Numbered from the stretch's first letter, positions 26,674 through 39,740 are shown. The stretch is DNA of 64,000 nt from Octopus vulgaris (GCA_951406725.2 OX597823.1:105214001-105278000), one strand, 5' to 3'. The notes: generated by a model from the sequence alone, not told the origin. Numbers and translations: made by a program.

Positions 26674-26708
26674 CAAGAGTGGGCCTGTGTTAAGTTCTTC
26701 TGCTTTGT
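26674..26708 (-). CDS. Candidate 35-nt exon
   Basis: ggtttaatttcag|ACAAAGCAGAAGAACTTAACACAGGCCCACTCTTG|gtatgc. Open in two frames. Splice signals only. Confidence 0.15.
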
Positions 26709-27074
26709 CTGAAATTAAACCAATGTCTGTTATATTCATATCCCTAGTTTAGTTGAGTTTCTGTTCGTTATTGTATGTAGGACATATTCTCATCATGACA
26801 TTTGTACATTTTTATTATTTTTACCAAAAAAAGAAAATCATATCAGATTGCTGAATCAAGATGTGTTACTTCTCAGTGGAGAAGGGCTGGCATTGCTTTG
26901 TTCCTTTTATACAGACTTGGTCAAAAGTCTTTCATTTTTGATCCATAATTAGGGAACATAATTAGTGAATTAGTGTTGAGAAAACAACTCTTGAAGCTGC
27001 TCTTTAAACATACCAGTATAACATCAAGTCAGCTAGGAAGCTTTTATATGGTTCCTCAGTCTGCTAAAACTTTT

Positions 27075-27510
27075 ATTGTTTTACTTGTTTCAGTTTTTGG
27101 ACTGTGGTCATGCTGGGGCACTGCCTTGACAGGTTTTAGCCAAATGAATTGACCCCAATATTTTTTTAATGCCTGATACTTATTCTATCATTGTCTTTTA
27201 CCAAACTGCTAAGTTACGGGAACATAAACATGCCAACTCCAGTTGCCAGGTGGTAGTGGGGGTCAGATATAAACACAAAACTCACACACACAAGATTCAT
27301 ACACCACACGCGTGAGCACAGACGCACACATACACACACACACATATATGATGGGCTTCTTCCAGTTTCTGTCTACCAAATCCATTTGTAAGGCTTTAGT
27401 TGGCCTGGGGCTATAGTAGAAGACACTTGCTCAAGGTGCCATGCAGTGACACTGAATCTGTCATTGTGTGCTTGGGACACAAACTGCAGACTACACATGT
27501 ATACCTGCAC
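27075..27510 (-). mobile_element. SINE family B (diverged)
   Basis: Reverse complement of the family B consensus from tail to head. Confidence 0.75.
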
Positions 27511-27526
27511 TTACAAAAAAATCATT

Positions 27527-27598
27527 CGCTCAACATGAGGTTTGATCCCATGACCCAAGTTTAAGAATCCCATGCTCTACTGATTGAGCTACCCAGGC
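27527..27598 (-). pseudogene. tRNA-Lys(CTT)-like pseudogene
   Basis: Minus strand GCCTGGGTAGCTCAATCAGTAGAGCATGGGATTCTTAAACTTGGGTCATGGGATCAAACCTCATGTTGAGCG aligns end to end with metazoan tRNA-Lys-CTT. Stems and T-loop are mutated. An oligo-T run follows. Confidence 0.75.
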
Positions 27599-27606
27599 AA
27601 TAAATA

Positions 27607-27834
27607 CCTATTTCTTTACTACCCACAAGGGGCTACACACAGAGGGGACAAACAAGGACAGACAAATGGATTAAGTCAATTACATTGATCCCAGTGCGTA
27701 ACTGGTACTTATTTAATCGACCCCGAATGGATGAAAGGCAAAGTCGACCTCGGCAGAATTTGAACTCAGAACATAACGGCAGACAAAATACCACCAGGCA
27801 TTTCGCCCGGCATGCTAACGATTCTGCCAGCTTG
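27607..27834 (-). mobile_element. SINE family A with 17-bp TSD
   Basis: Flanked by CCCAGGCAATAAATACC at 27592 and 27835. Confidence 0.9.
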
Positions 27835-28449
27835 CCCAGGCAATAAATACCACTGCATTTGACTATTAGATGGGATGGACATGGCTTGAATGTCTTTGAT
27901 CCTGTCTCAGTTCAGTCAGTTTGAACCAGAAAACTACACAACTGTTATTTTCAGAGTTTCCTCCCTTTGCTTTCACTCTTCTTTCACTCTTCTAAGCGTT
28001 TCCTACACCAACCATGTAGTTTTGCAATTATTTCATGGTCGCCCTCATTCATCTTCCTGTCAAGACACGATTTAGCGTCTCACTGCTATCTTATCTCTCC
28101 AGTATATAATGGTTCCTTAAGGAATTCAAAATAATCAGCAAGCTAAAATACCCTCGTCGATTTTGCAACATTTATCATGTTTTATGCTAAAAGACCTTCT
28201 GGGAAATCATTTTCTTTGGAAAAAGCTGAATGTTTGTCTCACCCTATTTGGTGTTTCTCCAATTTTCACAAATTTAAGTCAAGGTTAACAGAATACGTCA
28301 GTTGACCTCGTTTTATGTAATAAATTATTGATGATCATATTGCCATCTTCTGACAAACATTTTCGTGACATTTGGTACAACAGTAATCTCTTTATTTCTT
28401 GGCCTATCAGTATATCTGTACTTAACAAATATATATGAATATATGCATG

Positions 28450-28483
<34 letters not shown>

Positions 28484-28829
28484 CATGCACCCCTCTACAT
28501 ATTCATATATGCATGCATCTAATGTGCATATGTATGGATGGATGAATAGATGTATGTATGTATGTTTGTATGCATGTAGGTATAAATGTATATATACATA
28601 TCTGAGCAAACTCATACATACATATATATCTGTGTGTATACATAAATTCATTCACTATACATATATATACACATGCCTGTATTTGTGTTTATGTGTATGC
28701 ATACATGCATGTATATACAAATATACACAATAATATTGCATTAATTTTCCATGATGTACATATAGATCTTTTCCCTTTTAGTGGAGAAAATCAGTCTCTC
28801 ACTCATCAACCTGGCATAATTTTCATCAT

Positions 28830-29470
28830 CATTATCATCATCATCATCACCATAATTATCATCGTCATCATCCTCAACATTTTCCATGCTGTCATGGGTT
28901 GGATGGCTTGACAAGAACTGGCAAGGCCAGGATCCACACCAGGTTCCATGGCCTGTTTTGACTTGGTTTCTACAGCTTGATGTCCTTGCTAATACCAACC
29001 ACTCTACAGAGTGTACTGGGTGCTTTTCATGTGGCACCAGCAACAGTGTTTTTATGTGGTACCACCATCCACACCAATGCTTTTTACATGACATCTTGGT
29101 TTTAGGATCTCAATTCTGTTGTGATGGGCAGATCTTTTTGATTATAGCATTGCACCACATATCTCAGATCTCTGTCATCTGTTTCGTAAGGTTCGGCATT
29201 TTGAGATTGGCCTTCAGCACTTCATCTCATGTCTTCCTGGATCTTCCTCTTCCACAACTTCCCTCAACACTTCATTGTGCAACTGTCCTCATCCATCTGC
29301 ATCACATAACCAAACCAGCACAGCCTCCTCTCTTGCACACTGCATATAATTCCTCTTATGCCCACTTCTCCCTTAATACACCAGTGTTCTGTTGCACATG
29401 CACACTGACATTGCACATCCTGCAGAGCATACCACTTCATTCCTTTCCAGCCTTTGCATGTCCTCTGCAT
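28830..29470 (-). mobile_element. Old RTE LINE 3' fragment
   Basis: GIRGIICSVQERRLCWFGYVMQMDEDSC, plus a diverged 3' UTR and (GAT)n tail. Confidence 0.8.
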
Positions 29471-30036
29471 CAATTAAAATGTAATTATTACCTTAATTAC
29501 AACAAAGTCTGTTATAGATGAATCTAGAGACAGAATTACCACTAATTTCCATATTATTTGTTTGTGACTATTATATTATAATGGTCACTCATTTGTTCCA
29601 CAGAACCATGTCATAGAATTGTCCAATGTTGTCATCAGCAGATGTTTTTGAGTGTCCAGCTCCTTCTTGATATGTTATACCTGTGAAACCATTTAACAGA
29701 ATGTTCAGGTTTTAAGTACAGGTATAGCTGTGTGGTTAAGAAGTTCATTTTGCAACTACATGGTTTTGGGTTCTGTCCTCCTGTGCAGCACCTTGAGCAA
29801 GTATCCTCTATATTAGCCCTGAACTGACCAATGCCTTGAGAGGGAATTTGTGAGATGGAAACTGTGAGGAAACCTGTTATGTGTGTGTGCTGTATCTTCA
29901 TGCTTGTGGTGTTTGTCCCAACCACTACTTGACTGCTGGTGTTGGGTGTTTTACATCCCTATACATAGTGGTTCACCAAAAGAGACCAAGAGAGTCCCAG
30001 ACTCAGAAATAAGTACTGAGTCGATTTGTTCATCAA

Positions 30037-30199
30037 ACATTATTTACATTATTTACATTAGACGGATATTTGTCCTCATCTTGTTTGTCGTTAACACAAC
30101 GTTTCGGCTGATATACCCTCCAGCGTTCATCAGGTGCTTTGGGGAAATTTCAACCTTTTCAAACCTGGGTTCTCATTCCTAAGGTATTTTTCGATGTTG

Positions 30200-30236
<37 letters not shown>

Positions 30237-30572
30237 TATTATTATTATTATTCAGGTCACTACCTGGAATCAAACTTGGAATTTAGGGGTTAAGAGCGCT
30301 GGTTACTAAACCAAAGATTTCGAGTTCGATTTTAGGAAGTCACCTAAATAATAATAATAATAATAGTAGTAATAATAATAATAACAACATCGAAAAATAC
30401 CTTAGGAATGAGAACCCAGGTTCGAAATTTCCCCAAGACACCTGATGAAGGCTGGAGTATATATCAGCCGAGACGTTGAGTTAACAACAAACAAGATGAG
30501 GACAAAAATCTGTCAAATGTAAATAATGTAAATAATGTACATAATTCCTCATCTCTTAAATATAGAACTGTA
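30037..30572. mobile_element. Head-to-head inverted pair of a short element with tRNA-like head, (AAT)n linker and Penelope-type hammerhead motif
   Basis: 30037-30292 is the reverse complement of about 30300-30540. Each arm has CTGATGA-A-GGCTG...CAGCC-GAAAC-GTT with one core lesion. Confidence 0.8.
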
Positions 30573-30998
30573 TTGTTCATCAAAATCTTTGAAAGAGGTG
30601 CCTCAGCTGAGCTATGGGCCAATGGGCCAAACAAGTAAAACATAGAAGATACAAGATACATAGACTGACCATTGTGGAAAGACATTGTTCCCATTGTGTA
30701 CTGAATAAATTTAATGGATTATTTTAGCTCCCAATACATATTCAGTCCACAGAAAAAAAGAAAAAAAACCCCATTGAATAGTGATTTTCTTTGGCGGAAA
30801 GAAAAATTGGTGTGGTTATGATTAACGTTATTACAACAACGAACTAAATTGACATTTCAAATTCAGACCTGCACCATAGCAACTTGAAAGGGACCACATC
30901 TAACGATGCACACACAATTAAGTTTCCTGACAATAAGAAATATATATATATAGGTGTATTGTACATAATTGATAGTTCAGCTGCTTTCTCTGTCACAT

Positions 30999-31055
<57 letters not shown>

Positions 31056-31561
31056 TGTATACATGCACATATTCTTTTATTCCTCTTCCTTGGATTGGTA
31101 GTTTTTTCATTGATTCTTAAAAGATGGAAAGCAAAGAAGAAATATTATTATATTTGTAAAATATTTATTTCTGCTATTGTTTTATGTGCATACGTGTGAG
31201 TCAGTGGTTGTGTATGTGTGAGTGTGTGTGAGTGTATGTGTGTATATATACACACATGTGTGCACCTATACATGAACACATATCTATATATATGATAGGG
31301 ACTCTCTTTTGCTCTATGATTTTAGTGCAGGAAGGTCCAACTCCACAGTAAATTACTTAATATTTATGTATCTGGTGAGACATATAACAAACTTTAGGGT
31401 TACAAGCAAATCCACAATTTTCAGCGAGCACAGAACAGGAAGAGCCACCTGGTGAGAAGTTTGATTCATATTTTCATTTTACTTGTTTTTCTGTTAGTTT
31501 AGCTCCAGCAGCAGTGCTTTTTACCAGACACCGATACCAATTGGGTTTCCAAGTAACTTAC

Positions 31562-31578
31562 GAGACTAAGTACCCTGA
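31562..31578 (-). CDS. Candidate 17-nt microexon
   Basis: catctcttcatttcag|TCAGGGTACTTAGTCTC|gtaagt, with near-consensus acceptor and donor. Signals only. Confidence 0.2.
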
Positions 31579-31751
31579 CTGAAATGAAGAGATGTATTGA
31601 GGGAGGTGGTTCTGTGCTAGTGGGGAGGTTGAAGTATAATAGAGGGATAGAAGTCAATGTCTTGCTATGGATGAGATACTCGGCAACTCCTATTGGCAAA
31701 GGAAGGAGAGAAAAAGTGAGGTAGAGTCTTCCCTTTTGCTATCCTTTATAC

Positions 31752-31786
<35 letters not shown>

Positions 31787-31947
31787 TAGACAGATAGACA
31801 GATTGACTGATACATATACATGTATAGAAGAAAGCAAGTTCTTTATTTTTGAAATCAATAACATATGAGACACATTAGAAATGGTCAATCTCTTCCTTTA
31901 GTGCTAAAGTGGACTTGGCAAGCCAGGATAAAAAAAATGTATGTATG

Positions 31948-32014
<67 letters not shown>

Positions 32015-32652
32015 TTGTTCATATATCCATATGTTATTAATACAATGGTACTACTGAAGTTCTCAATTGTGCAGTAGTAGTTGAGTCTGTTTTCTCAGCC
32101 AGGTAATGATGGGTGCAGCCCTATACAACTTGCTCCTGGGACACAATATAATAGCTTTAACAACAACTTTTATGTCTAATTCACAATGATAGAAGCATAT
32201 TGTGAAGCCTCAAGGGACTCATTAATGTAGATCTAGTTTTATCATCTTAAGTGAATGAGAAATTTTCAATATTTTACAGATTAGTTTTCATAATAGATGT
32301 CGGGTCCCTGGCCTTGGCAAATCCCACCAGATGCACCATCCCTCTAGAAAGGTAACATTGTTGTGCTTCAATAGAAATTGAATAATAATGATAATAATGA
32401 AATTATTGTATACGGTGCTCAGGTACACCACAAAAAATGTTTGAATTTAAGTTGAAATAGCAGAATGGCTTCAACTATGAATAATGTGCTTTGGGCATGT
32501 TTGATTGAGCAATTTGCAACTTACATCCTATTTAGGATATGGTTGTACATAAAAACATTGCTCTATTGGAACCAGACTGGTGAGTTAAAAATTGGTTGAT
32601 GCTTAACTTTAAGATTGATGCTAGTAAGGAAAGCAATGATAGAGAGAAACTT

Positions 32653-32823
32653 AAATAGCCGAAGGGCTAATGTTTTAGGATGAAATAGCCGAAGGGCTAA
32701 TGTTTTAGGATGAAATAGCAGAAGGGCTAATGTTTTAGGATGAAATAGCAGAAGGGCTAATGTTTTAGGATGAAATAGCAGAAGGGCTAATGTTTTAGGA
32801 TGAAATAGCAGAAGTTTTAGGAT
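32653..32823. repeat. 30-bp minisatellite, about 5.5 near-identical copies
   Basis: Unit GAAGGGCTAATGTTTTAGGATGAAATAGC(A/C). Confidence 0.95.
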
Positions 32824-33215
32824 CTGAGCATGTTGGGTTTGGTGGTAGATTGGACATAACAAGTGTTATGAAGAGAAGAGAGAAATGAGTAAGACAAGAT
32901 TACTGATTGAAGTGTTATGAGCCCAGTCAGTTCCATGTATCAGAGATTAGCTGGGTTTGTACCAAATTTATGGTGGTCCATAGTAATGTGTGTTGGATAC
33001 TGCAATTAAAAATAGATTTACATTTGGTGATCCCTGAAGTTTGTTTGGTGATTGGGCCCCCTCCTGAATAGAGGGAAAGAAACAGAAAAGAATGTGCATC
33101 ACTTGTCTCTAATGTAAATTGTCCCCTTTTGCATTAAAGCCCTGAATTGGAGAAAGAGATCAATTGTGCTGTGAAATACTCTGTGTAACTAATTGTGTGT
33201 GCACATATATGTGTT

Positions 33216-33260
<45 letters not shown>

Positions 33261-33501
33261 ATATGTGTGTTTGTGTGTGTGTGTGTGTGTTTGTTTGTGT
33301 GTGGGGGTACTGGGTTTTAAAAAAATGAGTCCTGGGGTCAATATGTTCAACTAAAACCTTTCAAGGCAGTGTCCCAGCATGGCCACCATCAAATGACTGA
33401 AACAAGTAAAAGATAAAAGATAAATGAGCTGTATATATATATATATGTGTGTGTATATATATGTGTGTGTATATATGTGTGCGTGTGTGTATGTATGTGT
33501 G

Positions 33502-33559
<58 letters not shown>

Positions 33560-33562
33560 AAT

Positions 33563-33626
<64 letters not shown>

Positions 33627-34795
33627 CAGATAGAAAGACATATATATAGATATCATGGACCTTGTGGATCCAAGAGGTTTATTCTACAGAAATGAAAGGT
33701 TAAATTAATGTTATTAGAACATGAATCACACCACTACAGGCTCCAATCATCTCTCTTTTTTATTAAATGCAATTAACCTTTCTGATCTGAGTTTGTCGAT
33801 AATATTAGTTCTGTTTCTTTATTTAACAAGATTCTTGTAACTATATCGACCCAGCATCTTGGGGGAAAAAATGATGTCAATATTCTAAGGAATAACTCTT
33901 AATAATTTATTTATTTAAGTTTAAGAATATACCAGATATTACCAAAGATGCATGCCAATATCATTTACAAATCTTATCTTTCCATTTCTTCTTCATCACT
34001 TAATATGTCGGCAGTTTGCCTTTTCCAAAATCTTGACTTGTTTTCATTTCTTCTAGTGAAATAAGCTTTATATGTTTTATTTATGGCAACTTATTTTAGA
34101 ATTTTACCATTTATGGAACAAAAGCAGCCGACAGTTTTCATTAGTCTGTTGTTGCTTACGCAATGTCTTTGGAAATATATTAAATCAAAAAACAAAAACA
34201 AGCTCCTTGAGTTAGACAAAGAAAAGAAGCAGTGAAAAAAATAGACATGTAGGCTTCATGTGGCAGAAAAGAAAACATGGAACAGAATGAACTGAGAATA
34301 TGTTAAAACAAAACAAAAATGAGAAAAAAAGGAGGGAAAAGAAAGGGGAGATAATAATGGAAATTGCAAGTGGCAAAACTTCCTTATTAACATATGAATA
34401 ATTAGAATATATTAAATGTATTTTTGTCTATTTTTCTTATAAATTTTTTGTAAATCTGATTAATTTGTTGTTGTCTTTTAATCCAGTTGTCTGCATTTGC
34501 TCAGTCAGTTTCTCTATTGTTTAAAAATTTTCATCATTTCTTTAGGAGACTAAGACAGAAATATATTTTCTTTTCTTAAGTACAAGTCATAAGTTACTTT
34601 TTTTCCTTTTTTTTCTTTTTTTGTCTTTTAATCAAGAAGGAAGTCAGTGCTCATTTACAAGACCCCCCCCCCCGTGAGACTGGTGGAGGTGGTGGGTGGT
34701 GGGTGGTGGAGAACTGACGAGAATGCTAGTGAGAGAGTGGAGAACTGGCTTAGACTGGGGAACTACTGACTAGAATGCTTGTAACACTGTTCTAA

Positions 34796-35015
34796 CCCTT
34801 TAATGTTCAGATTTCTCTGTCAAATGTAAGGCTTATTTATTCACACTGTTTTGAATTAATCCTGCATTTTCCTATAGCTTCAAGATTTCGATGATGTGAT
34901 TGTTTATTTTTAGAATGACATTGTAGGATAAGTGTGAGAGACCAGATCTGTCCTATTTAAACATAAAGCAACTAGAATATTTTGGCTGGATATGGCTGGT
35001 TTAAATGCTAAAGGA
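34796..35015. mobile_element. piggyBac-type MITE (second family, degenerate)
   Basis: cTAA|CCCTTTAATGTT ... AATGCTAAAGGA|TTAA. Confidence 0.6.
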
Positions 35016-35439
35016 TTAAGCACTCAAGATACCAAGTGACTGGTGAGGTGGATTAAGACTGTCACCCATTTAGTAGGTCATGGTAAAATTTGAACTCAGA
35101 ATGCAGACAACCAGAAGAAATATCACCAGACATCCAGCCCAACATTTTTACATTTCTCTCAATCTATCACCATAGACTGGTACTTTCTTATCCATCTTGA
35201 AAGGGGAGAAGCCAAAGTTTACCTCAGTGAAATTTGAACTCAGAACTCAAAGAAACAAAGCAAATACTGTACCGAGTCCAACATCCTTCCATTTCCATTA
35301 ATCCACAGCTCTAATTATTGACCCTGAAACATTGAAAAATAAATTTGATCTTGACTGGATTTGAACTCAGTACAGAGAGCCTCACTTCCCTTCATGCTTT
35401 TACTTGATGAGGCTGGTGTTATCCCAGGTTAGTAGCCTC

Positions 35440-35937
35440 AGAAATATCTTCACGCATCATTTGCCATATTCCAAGTGCCTTACTTCCCTGGGCATAGATA
35501 CACTGAAACTCCGACGTCTGGCAGCTGACTTGGCAGACACCTATAAAATTATTAACCATCTTACAAACAATAACTCTGAGCACCTTTTCAAACTCCACCT
35601 GTCTAACACCCGTGGACAGTTTACAAAGTCAGAAAACCACACAGCTCCCATGACTTTCGGAAACATTTTCTCACGCTAAGAGTTGCTGAAGCATGGAACA
35701 AACTGCCGGCATCAGTTGTTAGTTGTTGGAGCACTGCATCCTTCAAAACTTCCATGCTTCCTGAGATTCGCCAACACTACACCTGATTTTCTCCCCTACA
35801 TACACACGCAAGCATGTATCTGACTCATACACTGTTCGCTCTCCAGGCATTTGTACATTACTGCATATGCTTTATGCACACTTTTGACAAGTTGTGGTGC
35901 ACCTGAGCACTGTATACAATAATTTCATTATTATTAT
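35440..35937 (+). mobile_element. CR1/L2-group LINE 3' end with (ATT)n tail
   Basis: LPYSKCLTSLGIDTLKLRRLAADLADTYKII...SNTRG...RVAEAWNKLPASVV. Confidence 0.9.
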
Positions 35938-36499
35938 ATCTAATTATATTTATTATGATGCATAGAGCCAACCGGATCCACCAGTGCTCTCCATCACTTG
36001 CAGTTCCCTGCCAACCTCTCTACATCCTCCAAAGTGACATTGAACCTTTGCAGATCTTCCTCAATCATATCCAGCCCCTTCTTCCAGCCTGCAGCTGCTG
36101 TGTTGAATGAGAGTAAAGCTCTGGCAGGATAATCTAGCAAGAGATGGAAAACATGTCTGTGCCAGCATATGTGATGGACAGCAATGAGGAGGCAAGCTGT
36201 GGGCTGATCAGTCTCCAGCTTATTTTCCCCCTTTCAAAGGAGAATAAATTTTATGGAACAAATAAAATATATTTGTAAAAGACAGTTTACTGGATGACAC
36301 CATGAAAGTTTGGTTAAGGAGTTCACACTGTAAACATCTTGGTTTTTGTTTCTATCTCACTGCAAAACATTTTGGCAAGTGTCTTCTACCACAATCTCAG
36401 ATTGATTCATACTAATAACAACAATGACGACGGCAACAACAATAATAATAATTATTATTATAATAATAATGATCATGATGATAATGATGATGGTGGATA

Positions 36500-37740
36500 A
36501 TGGCTATGCATAGGTGCTTTCCTACTGGAAGTAACGTAGTGAGGCATTACTTACCTAGGAAGGGAAGTGGAAGAGGACTGGTCGGAATAGAGGATGGTGT
36601 TATGAAGGATGTCAAGTCGTTGCATCTGAGAAATTGCGATGAAAGAAAGTTGCAGGCTGCACTGAGTGAGAAGGTGATCAGTGACAATGGTGAGACTGTC
36701 CAGAAGTGCAAAAAGAGGACGAAGAAGAATAAAAAAAAAGATAATCAACTGGAAAGAGAAAGTTGTACATGGAGAGTTTTTGCAGTAACCATTGGATGAA
36801 ACTGATGAAGAATCTTGGAGATGGTTAAGATGGATTTTTAAAGAAGGAAAGAGAAGGACTGATTCTTGTTTCTCAAGAACAAGCTTTACAAACCACTCAA
36901 CCAAGTGCAGCATTAATAGGACAGCAGTAACAGGTTTGTAAAAAATCATCTGAGACAGTCAGACATAGAATTAGCAGATACTTGAAACAGACCCCCCAAA
37001 AAATAAAAAACAAAAAAATAAAAAAAAACATGTCATGACAAAGTGGCAGTGCAAGTATGTTGGAGCTGTGCAGGAAGTCTGGGCTTGAATGCTCCAACAA
37101 GTGGTATGAGCACCAACCTTTACCAGTAGTAAAGAATCATCAGATGTGACTCACACTGGACATGCCAATCTACACAGATAAGAAGCTGTAACATAACCAG
37201 CTGAATATTATTTTCCTACAGAATGGGTCCAAAGAATGTATTTTCTTCGATGTGGCTATACCTATTTCTTTATTACTGACAAACAAGGACAGACATAGGT
37301 ATTAAATTGATTACATCGACCCCAGTGCATAACTGGTACTTCGGCGGAATTTGAACTCACAACGTAGCAGCAGATGAAATACGGCTATGCATTTCACTCG
37401 ACGTGCTAACGTTTCTGCCAGCTTGCCACCTTGTGGCTATACCTGCAGACTAAAATATTGTGGAGACAGAGGATGAGAAAGTTGCGAAGTACCAATACCT
37501 AGCATTGGAAGGGAAAGGCATTCATAGAGCCACAAAATTGAGTGTGGTACCTATTGTGATCAGTTCACGTGGGACCATCTCAAAGAAAGCAATATTCTGG
37601 CATCAAAAGCTGCAAAATACCAAACTTCATAGGAAATACTCAACTGGCAGCAATACAGCAGCATTTGTGTTGGGAAAAGAATTGTATCTCTAAGCTGCAG
37701 GATGGAGCTGAGATGTGACATAGATAACTTTGAAGACAGA
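36500..37740 (+). mobile_element. R4/Dong-like LINE 3' remnant (RLE endonuclease type), interrupted by SINE A
   Basis: HYLPRKGSGRGLVGIED, WRWL, KWYEHQP and EKVAKYQYLA...VVPIVI. SINE A at 37262-37431 has TSD TGTGGCTATACCT. Confidence 0.8.
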
Positions 37741-37996
37741 AAATACTGCTGCTGCTGCTGCTGTTGCTGCTGCTGTTGTTGTTAAGCAACAAGACGGGTA
37801 AGGGTGATTAGGTGATGGTCTAGGGCTTAGGGGCGGTAGACCCCAGACCTTAGGAAAAAAAAAACAACTTTGGTCGTCTTGTTGTAGTTGAGGGCTCTTC
37901 GTTGAACCTTGACACCACTGGGAGGTGGCCCTCGAAGTCGCTGGAAATGGGGATCTCCAGGTTCAAATTCTTGAACGGCTGCTGTTGCTGTTGCTG

Positions 37997-38044
<48 letters not shown>

Positions 38045-38826
38045 TCTTTCATTGCTCTTTCATCCATCACCTTTCCAGTCATGTTGCTTCTATCAACCTC
38101 CTTATCAACAACCATCATATTGCTGTTATTCATTCCCTCACTCTCCATTCTTGCCTTCATTCTTAGAGAGTGGCAAGCAATATGAAGACCAGAGAACAAA
38201 GCAAAAATACTACAAAACCTACCACATAAGAAACAAAAATGCAGTACAGTAAATCAAAAACAGACTGAGAAAGAAAAATGGACTAAAATAAAAAAAAACC
38301 CCATTTTTTGAAGACTAAAGAACCCCCATAGAAACAGTCAAGCAGGTATACAGCCATAACAATTGTATAGTTTTAACCTCACATCTAATAAACGGTAAAA
38401 GTACACATTACAATAGAATGACTGGAATTAACAGTGCAAGGAACCTAACAGAAATAAGAAAGAAAGTGGATCAGTAAATCAATGAGGAAGGATTAGTGTA
38501 AACACCTGCCCAAGGTACAAATGGAGAAGCACTGCTATGAAGGAATAATAACGTTGAAGACCCTTGCGAAGAATTCTGTGTATGATAGAAGAGAAAGTGA
38601 TGTAGTGGAGTGGTTGGAGCGAGAGTATGATAGAGGATAGAGTAATGGGAGGGAGAGAGAGAGAGAGAGGGAGATGATAGTAAGGAGGTGAAAAAGAAAC
38701 AGAATGAGAGGGTGATAGGAAGTAGTGTTAAGATGATAAAAGGGGAAATACTAGAAATGAGAGTAAGTGGTGGAAGAGGGGTGAAGAGAGAGAGAGAGAG
38801 ACAAAGCATTAGTGATGGGAGAAAGA

Positions 38827-38870
<44 letters not shown>

Positions 38871-39129
38871 CACTAGTGATGAGTTAAAGATGAGGGAGAA
38901 ATATGAAAGTTATCAGTAGAAATAAAGGTTGATGCTGGGGAGAGAATGAGAGCATTGGATGCTAATGATGAGAAACAAGAGAAAGAAGGTGAGAGAGAGA
39001 GAGTTAGTGATTGATAATAAGGTAATGATGTGAGAAGTTAAATGATAGATGAAGACTTTTTACGAACATAATGGATGAGAGGGACCCAAATGTAGATATC
39101 CTACTTCCAAATTTCCATCTTTACCATTA

Positions 39130-39740
39130 TCATCATCATTGACATCATTTGTATTGTTTGGTTTTGCATGTTTGCATGGGTTGGGCAGGGCTTCTCCAGA
39201 ACAGTTTCTTGCTACATATTTTTTGTTCTCTACTTTGAGAGATATAGATTCTTGAGATCGATCTTCACCACTTCATTCTAGGTTTTCCTTGTAACCTTCT
39301 TTCACACATTTCATCCACTTGGAGTTCTCAGGACTTTCTTTTATACATCTGACATCTTCCATACACATGGCACCTTCACGCCAGCATAATCTGCTCTTTT
39401 GTCCTCGAGATCCAATTCCTTTTTTTTCTGGTTTTTCTCTCAATGCATTTCTGTTTCACTGTTTTTGCTTACAAACATTATACAACACAACCAGCAGGAC
39501 ACACTTACCCCATTTCTTTTCAGCCCCTACAAATTTACATTCAAGTCTTACACTTCATTACCATGCAGCATCAAACTTCACACACAAGTGTCATACAATC
39601 TACCCTTCACTTTGAGAGGAAAACCCTTCGTTGCCAGAACAGGTAATAGCTTCCTGAACTTTCTTCCATCAACTGTTATTCTGGAAGTCATGATTTTGGA
39701 ACATCCACCTCCGATGCTGTTTAGGTCCCTTAAGTAAAAT
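39130..39740 (-). mobile_element. Old RTE LINE fragment
   Basis: The reverse complement aligns with 15790-16300 (KKFRKLLPVLATKGFPLKVKGRLYD). Confidence 0.8.

Noticed and set aside
28886-29521. Longest ORF in the track (211 aa, +)
   Set aside because: Antisense to an RTE LINE fragment.
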